This document shows, in pieces, positions 35,331 to 48,705 of a stretch of 64,000 bases of DNA. The notes under the pieces are model-generated. The model saw only the letters and a list, made by a program, of their open reading frames with translations, was not told where the DNA came from and did no database searches. The DNA comes from Callorhinchus milii. Taxonomy: Eukaryota. Both the position numbers and the translations under genes were made by a program. Numbering within the stretch: position 1 is the stretch's first letter; every line of letters begins with the position of its first letter. The stretch is taken from NCBI RefSeq assembly GCF_018977255.1, contig NW_024704755.1:8866001-8930000 (forward strand), read 5' to 3'.

Positions 35331-36238
35331 AATATAAACAATTCCAAGATCATTGCCATGGACAAGAAGCAATAATCTGCCCTCGGACTTCGTTCAAGTG
35401 ACATTTTTGAATCAGCCTCGGACTGAGCTGTGGGAAAGCCGCCCGGGGTGACTCTCAATACCCTGATCTTTGACACCCTGCTCCACACTTCCTCAGGAAG
35501 TTGCCACTGAGATCAATCAGTGCCTCCTTGCTAACGAGTCAAATCATTGCCTGTGTTATGGTTGTGCATTGAACGTGCGGGAACTTAAACTGGCTCATTT
35601 TACAATAACGTGATGAAGTTTAAAAAAAAACACGCCAGATGGAAAGGCCGGGCCCATGGTAATTTCTAACATCAAATGAGCAGTCCTGGCCCCATCTCCA
35701 AAATGTGCTCACAAACAGAAATATTTCACAAAAGTGTTGCACAGTGCAGATTTGTTTGATTGCATTGTGTAAGGCGACATGGCCCCTTTAACAGGATGAT
35801 CTTACCTTCCAGTGCTAGTCTCTCTTCCACAGGGCCCAGCAAAGCAACAAGCTGATTTCAATTAATCTGATTCAAACCCAAATCTTCAGGTCATTTAAAA
35901 CAGCTCTTTCTGGAAAGTTCCCTTCAGTTCAGGTCCTTACTCTGTATAGTGCAACTCTCTGTGGATTCTAGCTTTCCTTTGCCTCATTAGGAGTCACCAG
36001 TACATTTGGTTCACATCAGTTCATGCCCAATTTACAATAAAGCTCTGTGAATTTGCATTTGAGTGTGAATAAAGGATCAGGAACATTTGCCGGGTATGTG
36101 AGGAGGAAGCAGCATTGTGAACGGGTCACAGAAACAAAGCATTTATTTTTAGAGACAATTTTTTAATTGTGGCCCAGATGTCAGTACACTCACAAGACAA
36201 TGCACATATTAAATGCTACAGATCCAGTCGGCCCTCAC

Positions 36239-36330
36239 CTTGCCAATGACAGGGATATCAACAGAACCCCAGGTGTCTGCTCCCCAGTGAACCAAGCCGG
36301 AGGCGAAATCCGCAGTAAGAATCCCAGCAA
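36239..36330 (-). CDS. PEDS1: PEDS1/TMEM189-like exon 3
   Basis: ttccag|TTGCTGGG...GGCAAG|gtgagg; 92 nt; encodes (F)[30 protein letters not shown] with the conserved VHWGADTWG motif. Confidence 0.96.
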
Positions 36331-37650
36331 CTGGAAAATATGGAAAGGATTAGAGGATCCATAATGAGCACACAGGCCAAATCTGTGTATGTTCAGGCTG
36401 AGAATTCTGATTTTTTTTTACCCACATTCAAAACGTTAAGAAAAAATGAGAAAAACTGCCACTTATGAATCGATTAATTTACTGGGGTTTTCTCTTCCTC
36501 CGCCCACCTAACTCCAATCAATCGTGTAAAAATAATTAGATTTATTTAAAAGAAACAGCACTGGAATTTCTATGCACTGTGTTATGAAATGTACTCACGT
36601 CCTTTGTAAATTAATGGTGTTTTTGGTGTTTTCTCAATTTAAAGGAGCCTTGATGGGAAACACACCATTGATACCCTTAATACAGGCAAAAGCAACAGAG
36701 AATTTGGCACAGCTATCAATATTTAAAAACAAAACAAAATGAAAGCTAATCTATGCAGTGGGTTAGTCAGGCTGGCCGCTCAGAAGGTGTGCTGGCTGAA
36801 GCACAGCAACATGCCGTGCAGTTGGGCACAAAATACTCCCCTCTCCTTGTGAGTCTCTACAATCTCAGCAACCGTCACTGGACAACCTACCACCCCAGTC
36901 GGCTTCCACACCCCCAACCCCCCAAACCCCATCCCACCCCTCCACAGGACCTCAGGGTTGAAGCAGCCAGCAACAAGCTCCCACTGTTCAACCCCTCTGT
37001 GCGTTTCACCATCTGGGATCAGATCACCTGCTTTGCCCCTTGGTGAGGGTACAGCGCACGAGGGTGGAAGGATGCCAGGAATGTTTTTTTTTAATTTTGC
37101 AGCGACTGAAACATAAACCTTTCAGCGCAGCATCACCACAGGGAATGGCCACGTGATCGATCTCCTGATCCAAATAAAATCTTCACAATTCTTCATGGGC
37201 CCCGGTAGCTGCGAATGCTTTCGAAATCTAAAATCATCGTCGTTTTATTTCTCGATCGCAGACAAAGAAAGCGAGGAGAATAACCTGCTCTCTCACCGCG
37301 TGCTTTCCTTTGCCAAATCCATTTTTAAGCCATCTGCTGGAAGGTGCATTTATATGGCCTGGGGGAGAACTGGCAATTTTATTTCCCTCTCTCTACCCCG
37401 ACCCCCACCCCCCACACTCCGTCCCCTTCACTTCTTCTGGACAAATGCTCTGTTTTTGCTCTGCATCCCAATTTTGCGTGCGGAGAATCTTAGTGCTTGT
37501 CTGCACCCTCCAGCAACATGTGCTTGGTCACCCCTCGCTCACGGCAAGCATGCTCAACTGCAGTCACGCTGTTCTGTGGCGCTTCGAGACACTATCCCGT
37601 GCGAAGGGCGCTTTATAAATGCAAGTTGTTCCTGTTGTTGTTGCGGCACT

Positions 37651-38132
37651 ACAAAACAATATTACATTTGTATAGCTCCTTTCACGTTGGGAGGACGTCC
37701 CAAGGCGTCAGGCAGTCAAGGTTTTGGACCCGACCTGGGGGTCGGGATCGGGGAGGGTGCAGGGCAGGGAGGGCGGGCAAAGGCGAGGGTTTTGAGACGC
37801 GCCTTGATGAAAGCAAAGAGGGAGTGAGGAGAAGGGAATGTGGGATGGAGTTCCAAAGGGTGGGGGCAGAAAGGCTGAAGGTCCGACCGCTGCTGGTGGG
37901 GGACGTGGAGCAGGCCACAGCCTGCTGAGTGGAGGGAGTGCAAGGGTTGATATGGGGTCAGCAGGTCGCAGAAGTAGGAAGGAGCAAGGCTGTGGAGGGG
38001 CTTGAAGGCGTGAATGAGGATTTTGAACTCTATCCTCTGGGGGATGGAGAGCCAGTGGAGCCGGGCAAGGTTGGGGGTGATGAGGTCACGGAGCCTGGTG
38101 CGGGAGAGGACACCAGCTGCAGTGTTCACCAC
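37651..38132 (-). mobile_element. 5'-truncated L2 LINE
   Basis: ORF track 37716-38132 AAGVLSRTRLRDLITPNLARLHWLSIPQRIEFKILIHAFKPLHSLAPSY is L2 ORF2 C-terminus; tail to tail with another L2-type tail at about 37540-37645. Confidence 0.92.
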
Positions 38133-38799
38133 TCTGTATCGTTAAAGGCAGCATTGCTCCCCTGCGCTGGTCTGAATACAAGATATCAGTGCCAAGGAAC
38201 TCTCAGTCTATAGTACATCACTCATCAGCGGACTCCACAAACAAGAGCACAACGGACACTCAGAGCGCTGCATCATTCCTGCTGCAAGTTACTGGAATGC
38301 ATTACCAAAAGGCTCACCCAATGCATTTTAAACAGATCAGGCCCACTTAAAGCCGCGCAAACCTCCTCAATTAGGAATTTGCATTCAAGGAGAACTCGGG
38401 TCAAGTGATCAGCTTTAAAAGAAACCATTTTCAAGATGGTCTCGTTTTTAAATAATGGTTTATTGATTGATCGTGCTTCTCCTGACCAAGGGAAAGAGGC
38501 CAAGTTGACGTGATGAGGGGTGATCTTTTACCAGATGAACAGAGCTCCACAGTAAGGAGTCTTCAAGTAAAATCAGGTTCTTATACACAGCCAGGACAGG
38601 CATGGTCCAAATTATAAATGAAACACAACTGCACTTCACTTGTAATATTAATTGTCGTTTTTTTAAAAAAAGATTAAAAGATTTTAAAAAATAATTTTTT
38701 CCTGCAATGCATTTTTAAAGCAAAGATCATTATTTCTAAGGAATATTTCAGAAGCAAATCGTGCAGCTGGTTCAAAGCTTTAAAGCTGTGAGGTTCGCC

Positions 38800-38833
38800 T
38801 GTGTTTGTGTGTATGTGTGTGTGTGTGTGTGTG
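38800..38833. repeat. (TG)n microsatellite
   Basis: Read directly from the sequence. Confidence 0.9.
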
Positions 38834-39489
38834 GGAGCAATGGGCACCAAGCTGCAGCCTACATCTCAGTTACCACATCTTCCCCACTGCTTTCCCGGCA
38901 CAACACGCTGCCTCGGCTCTGTCGTTTCATTAAAACGAATTGACTGGGTAGCCGAGTGCCAAACCTGGTCACAAATCAACTTTCGTCGGGTTTCTTTTCA
39001 CATGATTCGTATTCCCGTTCGGTGCTGAAGATGAAATCAATGCCACAACCAGTCCAGTGTTACATTACCATCAAAAGTTTAATTTTGTGGGTTTTTTTAA
39101 AATAGAAAGCGCACATATACTCTCACACACAGAAAGAAGGCAATTCTTATTACCATCATGGTTATTGCACAGTGCAGTGACAGGCAATTCTCACTACATT
39201 TATAATGCACAAGCTACCAGCTAGGGTTAGTGATACAGAATAAAGCCATAGGGGTGGAGGAGATGTGGATTCTCAAACGATTGAAAAAAAATTCCAGGCT
39301 GTAGCAATTAGCTTTGTAAAAGTGATTCTTGTCCATATTTTAGCCACTTTCAAAGAAGAAACTTACAGCACTGCATTATCTACATCCAGTACTGCCACAG
39401 TCCCATTTAACCTACAGCAAATGTTTATAACATTCCCACTTTTCTTTCAGTCTCAGCTACAAGTGAATAATCCTAAAATCACGAGTGAG

Positions 39490-39812
39490 GTTCAGATGAA
39501 GAAGGCCCTTCGGCCACTTTGACCTCATCCTTCCAGAATATCAACCCAACTGTCCTCCAAACACAGATTCAAGCTCTTTTTTAAATGAGTCCAGTGTCCT
39601 TGCTTGAACTATGCATTATGGTAACTTGTTCCACTCATGAAATAACCTCTGGGTAAAGAAATACTTCTTGGTGTGTGTCCTGAAATTGTCCTTTGCAACC
39701 ATGCGTTTCGCCCACAAAACATACAATCAATTCACTTTACAGTGTATTCTGTCTTTGAGACGTCTTGAAGACGAGATAAGGCGCTATATCAAATGCAAGA
39801 ATTATTATTATG
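39490..39812. mobile_element. CR1 3' remnant (minus) followed by SINE 3' end (plus, 39700-39812)
   Basis: ttccactc...aacctctgggtaaagaaatacttc CR1 motif, then the SINE tail. Confidence 0.6.
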
Positions 39813-41209
39813 AAGCCCAGTTCTCTTGTTCTCAGTCCATCTAAAAGTAAATGGTACATTTTTGCTTCAGTTTAGCCTATAGCTTAGTCACTTGTATGTT
39901 GTTAGCATTCCCCTGGGCAGAAATGTTAAGACATTCTCCTTACCCAGGATTACACTTCAGCTGGAGGCCCATGTATTATTGAAGTAAAGGAATAATATCC
40001 ACAGATGCTGTAATGCTGCAGGATGTACACTTGTATTGTAATTGTATCATTCCTGGTTATAGCTGGAGTCATGCAAATGGACCACAATAAAGCCCACTCA
40101 CACTATAAAAATAAAAAGCACCATGTGAATAGTCACAAGGTACATCTTTGCTCTGGTTCATAAGAGAATGTCAGTGTGAGAAAATAATCCTTGGGTTTTG
40201 CAGAAGAAAAAGGTGACAACCAGTTGTGACGATCATTGGTTTGTTCTAGCGATCAGGTGTACAGCAGTAGGTCAATAAATGCAGGGATGGCTTAAAGACC
40301 TTAATGAGGAGAAATGTTTGGATAGTTTACAGATGCAAATCATGCTGCTTCAGCATATCAGCACTGCTTGGGGAGAGCTCAAGTAAATACACTTGCGTAC
40401 ATCTCTCGTCCTGAGGCTATGAATTTGACAAACTAAATGAGTCTATAAACCTACTGAGTCCTGAATGCAAGTGAAATCTTTCCCTGATCTACATTATAAC
40501 AACTTAAATTATAGTCATGAATCTAACACTGTGTAAGCAATCTTCACAACAGGGAACAGAGATGCAACCTCTTATCATTGCAAATTCCATTGTCTTAGCT
40601 TTGTATTCAAACAAGAAATCTAGTCACGTTATATATACTCACTACTCAACCTTTTATTGTGTGCTTTTCAGTTTTTTACAATTGAAATTGACGTCTCATG
40701 ACTGAAAGCTTATAAAGTTTCTGGGATTCATTTATAAGAGATGATACTGATAAATAAACCGTTGTGTTTTGAAGAGACAGAAATGATCAAACCTCATTTC
40801 TACACATGAAAACAATTGCATCGAGACCGAGTACCAGACTTCACTTGAAATTACAGACGAGAGAGAGGAGACCTGGGGAGGTCAGAGCTAGCTTCTGCCT
40901 TTGCAACTTCACATTATAGCTCAGTCAACCTCCCATTAACATATTTAACGTCATGAAAAACTCGTGAAAGAGAGACCCCAGAGAGATCTGGGCTTTGAAG
41001 TTCACTCGGGATGTCAGGAGAAGGAGGAAGGCCACAAAGACATGCAAATGGCATTGTCAACAAATAGGTCAGACTGGTAGCACTCAGTTTCTTTTCTACT
41101 AAACGTTGCAGTATTATTAAAATCATGAAAGGTTTCAACAACTTGGACGTTAATAGGCTTCCACTTGGTTTTCACTTGCAGGCAAGTCCAAAGTGTTGGG
41201 ACAGAAATA

Positions 41210-41450
41210 GGAGATAATAGGGAGTTTCCACTTGTGGCGAGTCCAAAACTAGAGGGCATACATAAAAGCTAGCTAGCAGTAGATCTAGTAGGGAGATTAA
41301 AAGGGACTTCTTCAACTAGGAGAGTGGTGAGAATGTGGACCTCACTGCTGGAAGCTGAGGTTGAAGCGGAAAGCATCAATGCATTTAAGAGGGAACTTGA
41401 TGCATTCATGAGGGAGATGGGAATAGAGGGGTATAGGAGGGGTTTTGAGG
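41210..41450 (+). mobile_element. CR1 LINE 3' fragment
   Basis: Decayed ORF2 end resembling RDFF...RVVRMWTSLLEAEVEAESINAFKRELDAFMREMGIEG. Confidence 0.8.
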
Positions 41451-42119
41451 TTGTAGTGTTCTATATAATTCCATGTTTTCTAAACTAGTAGGTGTGCCCC
41501 AGTGGCAAGCACTCTTTAACTCAGGAAATCACTTGCGAAGATTTTTGTAAGATTGAATTGAAGTTTAATTCATACAGATACACAAAGCCTGTGGATGGCA
41601 TTCTCCCCCGTAAAGAATCCCAGCGTCTGATGACGGGAACGCTTAACAGAAGTTGGTTAAAGAAAATGACAGTGTAATATGAACTCGAAACTTAGCTTTA
41701 GTATTTTAAAGCTCCTCTCAGATAATGCTCCATACTGTGTGCAACAGTAAGCTGACAAGACTGTATGATGGAATGAAAGTGGCAAAGAGATGCTGCGTGT
41801 CAGGCTTCAAAGTGCTACCCAATTGCACTGTGCTGCGTGTAGCTGGGAAGACAAGAAGGTTCAGCTGGAAGGCTCCAGGAGTGTGCCTGGCCTGCCTCTC
41901 CCTCACGCTAATCTATCAGTCTCAGCTGTGACAAGTACATCCTCTCTCAGCCAGGCTGCCGGCACAGGAGTACAGCTCACGGGAGGTCGTGCGGCTCGGT
42001 CAGCATCATCCGCTCGACTGAAGTGAAGCCAATGTGAAGAGGGAAGAGGAGGAGGCAAATACCACAACATGGAACTCGTATCGTCTTTCAGGTGGGATGA
42101 GAGTCTGAAAGAGCTTTAC

Positions 42120-42340
42120 AATACAATGCAATAAAATACAAAATTACATTTGCATGGAGACTTTCAGGTCGGGAGGACGTGCACAAGAGGGTAAACCCAA
42201 AACCCAAGAGAGGAGAGCAAACACGAGGGTGTTGATCGAACGCACAGTCAAAAAGAAACGTTTCTAAGTGGGTTTCGAAAGTAGGAATGGAGGAACAAGA
42301 CCAAAGGAAGCTTAACAGAGAGGGGTTCAGAGGCGTGGGC
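42120..42340 (-). mobile_element. Degenerate L2 3' end
   Basis: FETHLETFLFDCAF C-terminus and gggaggacgt tail. Confidence 0.65.
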
Positions 42341-42629
42341 ATAATAATAATAATGATTCTTGTATTTAAAGTAGCACCTTATCGTCTCAAAGCGCTTCAC
42401 CAGATAGACTTTGTGGTTCGACTCTGCATTTTGTGGGCACAGGGGCTGAATGGAAGAACTGATTCATAAGTAAATGGTATCAGCCAGCAATGCAAGTTTG
42501 GACAATAATAATAATCTTTACATTTGATAATGCCTTTCAAATCAGGAGGATGTGCCAGAGCCTTCACAGGATATACTGTAAGGTGCAGTGACTGTATGTT
42601 TTATAGGTGATTGGAACACAACTAAAAGA

Positions 42630-42868
42630 ATTATGGGAGGAGGCAAGGTTTAGAAGAAATGTTTTTACACAAAGGGTTATCACAAGAAACCTTATTTACT
42701 GATATTTCAAAGGAAATTAGATAAAAGGCTCGAAGAATAAATGCATAAAAGGGTGAGAGGAAAGAGCAGGGAAAGCAATTAGAGTAGACAGCTCCAGTGG
42801 GGGAGTTAGCAGGGTGTGGGAGGATGGGTCAAATGGCCTCCTTCTGAGTTGTAATTTCTATGATTCCA
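42630..42868 (+). mobile_element. CR1 3' remnant
   Basis: tttttacacaaaggg...gggtcaaatggcctccttctgagttgtaatttctatgattc. Confidence 0.7.
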
Positions 42869-44749
42869 CAAAGTCACTATGGAAGAAAGGTAATGCCAAT
42901 TTTACCAAATTAAAAAACATAATGGGGGATCGCAAACTTCTGCATGAATGACTCTCTAAACTGCCCACAGGAGGTGTCCTTGTACAAGGCAACACGTTCC
43001 TACCTCCCACAAAGTGAGACATTGACTACTGTGAGACAACGAGCATAGAACACAGTTACTGAGTCGGGAGTCATCCAATAATTCTGCAACTCACAACCAT
43101 CAATTGCATTCTTGGAGAAACACATCTTACACTTGACTGCTGACACTGCTGTTTAGCAGATGTGTGCGTGTTTTGTCTAATCACAGCGAGTTCAAGATGG
43201 TTTGGAAAGGTGTATCCAGTTTGGGTTTGCATAACTTGGGTTTTAAAGACACATGAGAATATTCAGGCCCCATTATTCATGGTTTATTCTACGTAAACAT
43301 ATTGTACATTTCCTCTATCTTTTCACTGACTTCAACCCAATGCCTCACCCATCTATCTTCTTCAGCGCCTTGGGACGTCCTCCTGACGTGAAAGGCGCTT
43401 TATAAATGGAATCTTGTTGTTGTTGTTGTTGTTCTTGTCCAAGTTGACTGCATCAACTTATCATGTTACACACACACACACAAATGCACGCTACATCACA
43501 AATATTACATAAAACATGTCAATAGTACGCTATTGACTGTCTCATTTCTTACAGCATATGCTAAGTACTGGAAGAGAATTAGAGATTCCGCCTAACTCTG
43601 GTCACCAAAGGGTTAAACAGCTGCACCCGTGCCCTAATCGATTGATTGCAGTTCCTCTAAACAAACAAACAACCTTCAGGTCATTGTAATTATAGTAGGA
43701 AAGGTAAGTGCTGAGTGTACAATTCTACCCAAGATGCATGTTAAAGTGGTCTGATTTAGGTCAACTTGCTATTTTTGGACTGCTTCCCACTAAATACAGT
43801 CATTCCACAGGCTCGGGTTATTTGATAAACTAAACATGCTGTCAAATGAATGTAGTTTCTCTTGCGGTCAACAGAATCAGTGTATCGAATACTCTTCCTG
43901 CAATCATTTCCATATGTATCAGAGTGATCTCACAGTCATAAATAATTCCCCAGCTACACTGAGTGATAGAAAGTGGAGGGAATAGACATAGGCCCCGAAA
44001 CAGTGCTAAACAAACATTTTAAAATGGCAATCCAAGAAAATGAGGCAAATGCATGAAGCAAGTAAAAAAAACCCTGAAGGGGCAAGAATCGTTCTAGATT
44101 GTTGGGAAACAGTCAGAATAGCTACGTGCACAGCTACGATAGCCTGAACAGCCTCTTTCGGTGCTGCAACATTTTGAGACATCTTGACGATGTGATAAGG
44201 CCCTGTATTAAATGCATAGATTATTATGATTAAAATTTGTGACTCTAGGAATCAACACACTAATGGAGCCACAGCACTGCTGGTCAAGTGGGAAGGCGGG
44301 AAAGTTATTTTGGGGGGGAAAGAGTGGGGTAGTTTAAATTCCAAACCATTGCCCCCATTCCATGTGCATACTCAGTCCCTGTAATGCCCCTAAGAAACAT
44401 TAGAACATGAAACAGACTGAATCATAAGCATGAAATGGGGGACGGTTTTGACCATTAGAACTTGAGGCTTGGTGGGATTGAGATGCACAGATTCTGGATT
44501 AAAGGCTAAAAGTTTTAGCCATTAGAGGTCTAAGAAAAAAACATCTGGGCTGGTTCATCTGTCTCAGAGTGCTATCACAGATCAAAACACAGCTAAATTT
44601 CTTATTTTGAAAAAAGGACCCGGTTTACATAAGATTTGTTCTCTTCCTACGTACATTTTTAAAAAAAATAAGGTGTCACAAAGCAACAGATCAACCTAAC
44701 CCCCGAATGGCAGTCACCTTGAATAGATTGCCAACCCACAACCCAACTC

Positions 44750-44863
44750 CTTTCGCCCACAAATATACGGTCAATTCACTTTACAGTCTATTCTGTGAAG
44801 CGCTTTGAGACATCGAGAAGATGTGATAAGTACTATATCAAATGTAAGGATTATTATTATTAT
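44750..44863 (+). mobile_element. 5'-truncated SINE 3' end
   Basis: Tail motif plus (TTA)n. Confidence 0.85.
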
Positions 44864-45659
44864 AACCCACTGCCATGCCACTCTCTAACCAGCCACTTGG
44901 GGGTGTGCAAGAGCAACCTGGGAATAATTCCTGTACTGTACCAGTTTCTGCTCATCCCTTTAAGAAAAAGAACTAAAGTTGGTATTGAGACAGAATACGT
45001 GCAGTAGAAAACAATATGAATAATTAAATGGATTTTATAACACAGCAGAGAAATAAGACAATGTAGGATACTCGTATGCCCTGCAACAAACACAGCTAAG
45101 AGAATAACCAACGATCCCACGTACATATTAAGCCAACATTTCCCTAAGAAAAAGTGGAAAGCGTAAAGGACTTGACATCTCAGAACCCACTCAACTAAAC
45201 AGATGAGGACCCACTGCCCTAGTACCAATGGGCAAAAGCACATGCATTTCTATACAGGATCTAAAGCCACATTTACAAAGGGAAAGGGGCAAGAGCAGTT
45301 TCAAGATCTATAAAAACACACAAGAAGTCTGCTTTACAGCTCTGGTAAAGTTTCTGAAAAATATTGTATATTTCCCTTTCTTTTATCCTTGAGACGTTTT
45401 GACATTCTAGGCACTGTGTCAAAACCAAGGATTATTATCTAACCCTGTGAACATGTGCCATGTTGACGTTTCAGCCTTGTAGTCCAGCTGTCTTATATGA
45501 GGAAGTGGGGCAGGGACTTACTGAGCCGCCAGTTAATCGCCATTATCGCTTGAAGTCTTTGGAAAGCATCGGTGCTCTGCATTGATTATCTGATGTGTGG
45601 TAAATCTCCAGGGCATATTTTCTGTTTATGTTAATATTGTTGATCAAGACCTCTGTAAC

Positions 45660-45882
45660 TATAATAATATTAATCCTTGCATTTGATGTAGCGCTTTATC
45701 ACGTCATGAGATAATAATAATAATAATAATAATCCTTGCATTTGATATAGCGCTTTTCACGTCGGGAGGACGTCCCAAAACACTTCACAGAATATACTGT
45801 AAAGTGAATTGACTGTATATTTGTGGGCGAACGCGGCAGCCAATTGCGCACATCAGTGTCCCACAAACAGTCATGGATTGAA
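45660..45882 (-). mobile_element. SINE 3' half with two consecutive tails
   Basis: Two taatccttgcatttgat...cacgtc tails at about 45660-45710 and 45711-45882. Confidence 0.9.
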
Positions 45883-46727
45883 GTAACTGGTGAATTTAAG
45901 ACACATTAGTAGCATGATTCTATATATAGAAATAAGGATATTCCAGTCTTGCATTACCCTGGGTAACTGAGGATTGTTCGCAAGATCAACAATGAACAGT
46001 ATCAGTATGCACACACTCCATTAGTAATTGAGCAACATTAGTACTGCAGCCAGCACCAGGGACATAGGATGCTGTAAATGGTATCATACTGTTAAAAGTT
46101 TAAATACTGTACGATGTGCGTGCATTAAACCTTAAAGGCTGAAACTCATTTGCACTTTACCTCCTTCTGTCAAAATGACAGACATTACCTGCTTGCAAGT
46201 ATTAAGTGGTAGACTGTAGGTGATGTATCAAGAGTAGGGGAGGCTGTCAGGCTCTTGGTGTGTTCATGGGCAGTGAATACATCGACCATCTCTCAGGTCA
46301 ACAGAACGTATACTGCAACAAAATCCCACACAAAAACTCAGCAATTTTATTTTTCACGTGGACCTGTCGTTTAACATGGAGAAGACAAAAACACTTGCAT
46401 CTTTCAAGTCACGTAGATAAACTCACTGCCCCCTATCCTACCCCCACCCCACCACTACCATCCCCACTGGTTGGCTTCACACGATTTGAAGCCTTTTTAA
46501 AGGGTTTCACCGCTGGAGAAAAAAGCAGTCAACAGTAAACTGAGCTTGATGTCTCTCGTGTTTATGTGTGGTCAGGTTACAGTGGGTTTAATATAAACAG
46601 ATATAGAAAGAGAGAGTCTCTAGGAGAAAGTAGGGTATCGATGTGGCCTCTTATCAAGACAATGCTTTCTGCTGGTTTTGTTATAGGAGTGGATTTCTCT
46701 TTTTTTCCAAAAACCACTATAAATAGT

Positions 46728-46845
46728 GTTTTGCCCACAAAATATACTGTCAGTTTACTCTATAGTATATTCAGTGAAGCGGTTTGGGACATCTCAAAGA
46801 CGTGATAAGGTGCTATTTGAAATGCAAGGATTATTATTATTATTA
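46728..46845 (+). mobile_element. 5'-truncated SINE 3' end
   Basis: Tail motif plus (TTA)n. Confidence 0.85.
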
Positions 46846-47419
46846 TAAATACTTGACTCCCTCACACAGCACAGAATTCTGAGAGAGCAGCAAACAGAAG
46901 GGAACAGTGAGCATAGAGCAAACAATAAATGAATATGTATTAAATTCACTAAAATCTAAAACCAACTTCGCTGCAGCTGCCAGACCCCACCTCCTCCTTT
47001 CCTTTAACCTGCTTCCTGACTCTCCCCACACACTGTACGTAGAATGGAAACACGGGGAGGGAGGAGCAGTGAATTGTTTAATTACACATCCATTGCAAAA
47101 CAGACTGGGGACATAGAGTTGTTCCAAAACAAGAAACAATGCAGTGGGGAAGAGGAAGGGAACTTAGTCAACTAGGACTTGCACAATTAATTTTACATCA
47201 GAAGAATGTAAAGATGGTTGCACATTCTACATTTATTCACCACTATTAATTAAATCCCACACCGGCGGTTTGGAACCAATGCTAGAAGTCTATTTTGCTC
47301 TCAGCAGTATAGAGAGGATTAACCTCACATTAACCCTTATTCAATTTTGTTACCGCCCGCTTGACTCTCAATGAACTCTTCGCCGGTTGCCTCAGTTCCA
47401 CCAACCACAAGAACCGGCT

Positions 47420-47740
47420 AATACTAATAATAATCCTTGCATTTGATATAGCGCCTCATCACGCCTTTGGGACGTCTCAAAGCACTTCACAGAATATTCT
47501 GTAAAGTGAATGGACTATATTTTGTGGGCGAAACACAGTGGTCACCTCTGGAACTCCCAGTCTCTATCTCTACATGTTAGCCCCTCTCTCTCTCTCTTTA
47601 AATCACACTTCAAGACCTACATCTTTGACCACGCCAATCGTCACCCTTCTCACTTGCTCAGCGTCCGACCCTGCTACTGTGAAGCACTTTGAGACTTTAT
47701 GCTACGTGGAGGGTACCATGTAAATGTATGTTATTGTTGT
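47420..47740. mobile_element. SINE 3' end (minus, 47420-47535) abutting an L2 3' end (plus, 47545-47740)
   Basis: SINE tail motif, then LWNSQSLSLH...FKSHFKTYIFD L2 C-terminus. Confidence 0.75.
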
Positions 47741-47788
47741 GCTGCAAACAGTTGAAAAGGTGTTCAGCTCAGCGTGGAGCAATGGACA

Positions 47789-47804
47789 CAGCGCCTCCTA
47801 CTGT
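47789..47804 (-). promoter_or_regulatory. Candidate CTCF site
   Basis: Minus strand ACAGTAGGAGGCGCTG. Confidence 0.45.
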
Positions 47805-48454
47805 CGAATATGATCCGGCAGCACAGCTCCGCTGCACCTGATCCGTCAGCTCTTGATGACTGAGGTGAGAGGTTAAGACGTGGAGAGGATCCATTGGGGA
47901 TCACAGATCTCATCCTAATGCAAACTGACAAGATTCTGCAACGCATCAATTTCCCCAAAGGTACCGTCTACAGTCTTTGATTTTTTTAAAAGCTTCCAAT
48001 ATTTTTCTATTTGCGTTTCTGTGTTTCTTTACTCTCAGGATTTGATCAGTCTGCACTTGACCTCACCGTAAACCATGAAACGAACGCACATCAAAGCACA
48101 GGATGCAGAAAGATTAAACCCCTCCAGTCCTCCACCTTCTTTTGCCACATTTTAGACTTTTATATCAAGGGAGGAAAGGCGTTACACAGAGTATTGACTT
48201 GCAGTTTGGATTATACAGGATCAAAATAAACTGGAGTTCCTGATCTATACAGCGACGGCTGCACACACAGTTGTAACTGCTCATTATCAGCTTATTGTTT
48301 TTCGACTTCTTCATTTAAAAAGCAGCTTGATGCTATGATGGGAGGGCGGTAGCTAGGTGTTCTGGAGGGATGAGATCAGATGGACTGAAAGGCCTTCTTC
48401 ATGGTGATAATGCGCTATATCAAATGAAAGAATTATTATTATTATCACTTGCCC

Positions 48455-48705
48455 TTAAAACACAATTTACATTTATTTCTAAAGCGCTTTTGCATCGGGA
48501 AGACAAGTCAAAGTGCTTTACAATGCTGCCTAGGCACCCGAGCTGGGGGAGCGAGGGGTAGGGTGGGGTGAACCGAAGGGAGTGGAGCAGGGTAAGTTGA
48601 TCAGATTTGCGATTAAAGAGGCAAGTCTTGGGGCAGGTTTGAACAGCGTGTGTTGGAGGGTCTTCAGGATGAAGTTGCTGAAAGCTTGCCTGTTGATGGT
48701 GGGGC
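48455..48705 (-). mobile_element. Degenerate L2 3' end
   Basis: KTCLFNR C-terminus and cccagctcgg 3' UTR motif. Confidence 0.6.

Noticed and set aside
37153-37827. 224-aa ORF
   Set aside because: Runs through two L2 tails and low-complexity sequence with no protein-family signal.
44860-45243. Hydrophobic minus-strand ORF as candidate PEDS1 exon 2
   Set aside because: The true exon 2 was found at 59835-59954; this ORF reflects T-rich composition.
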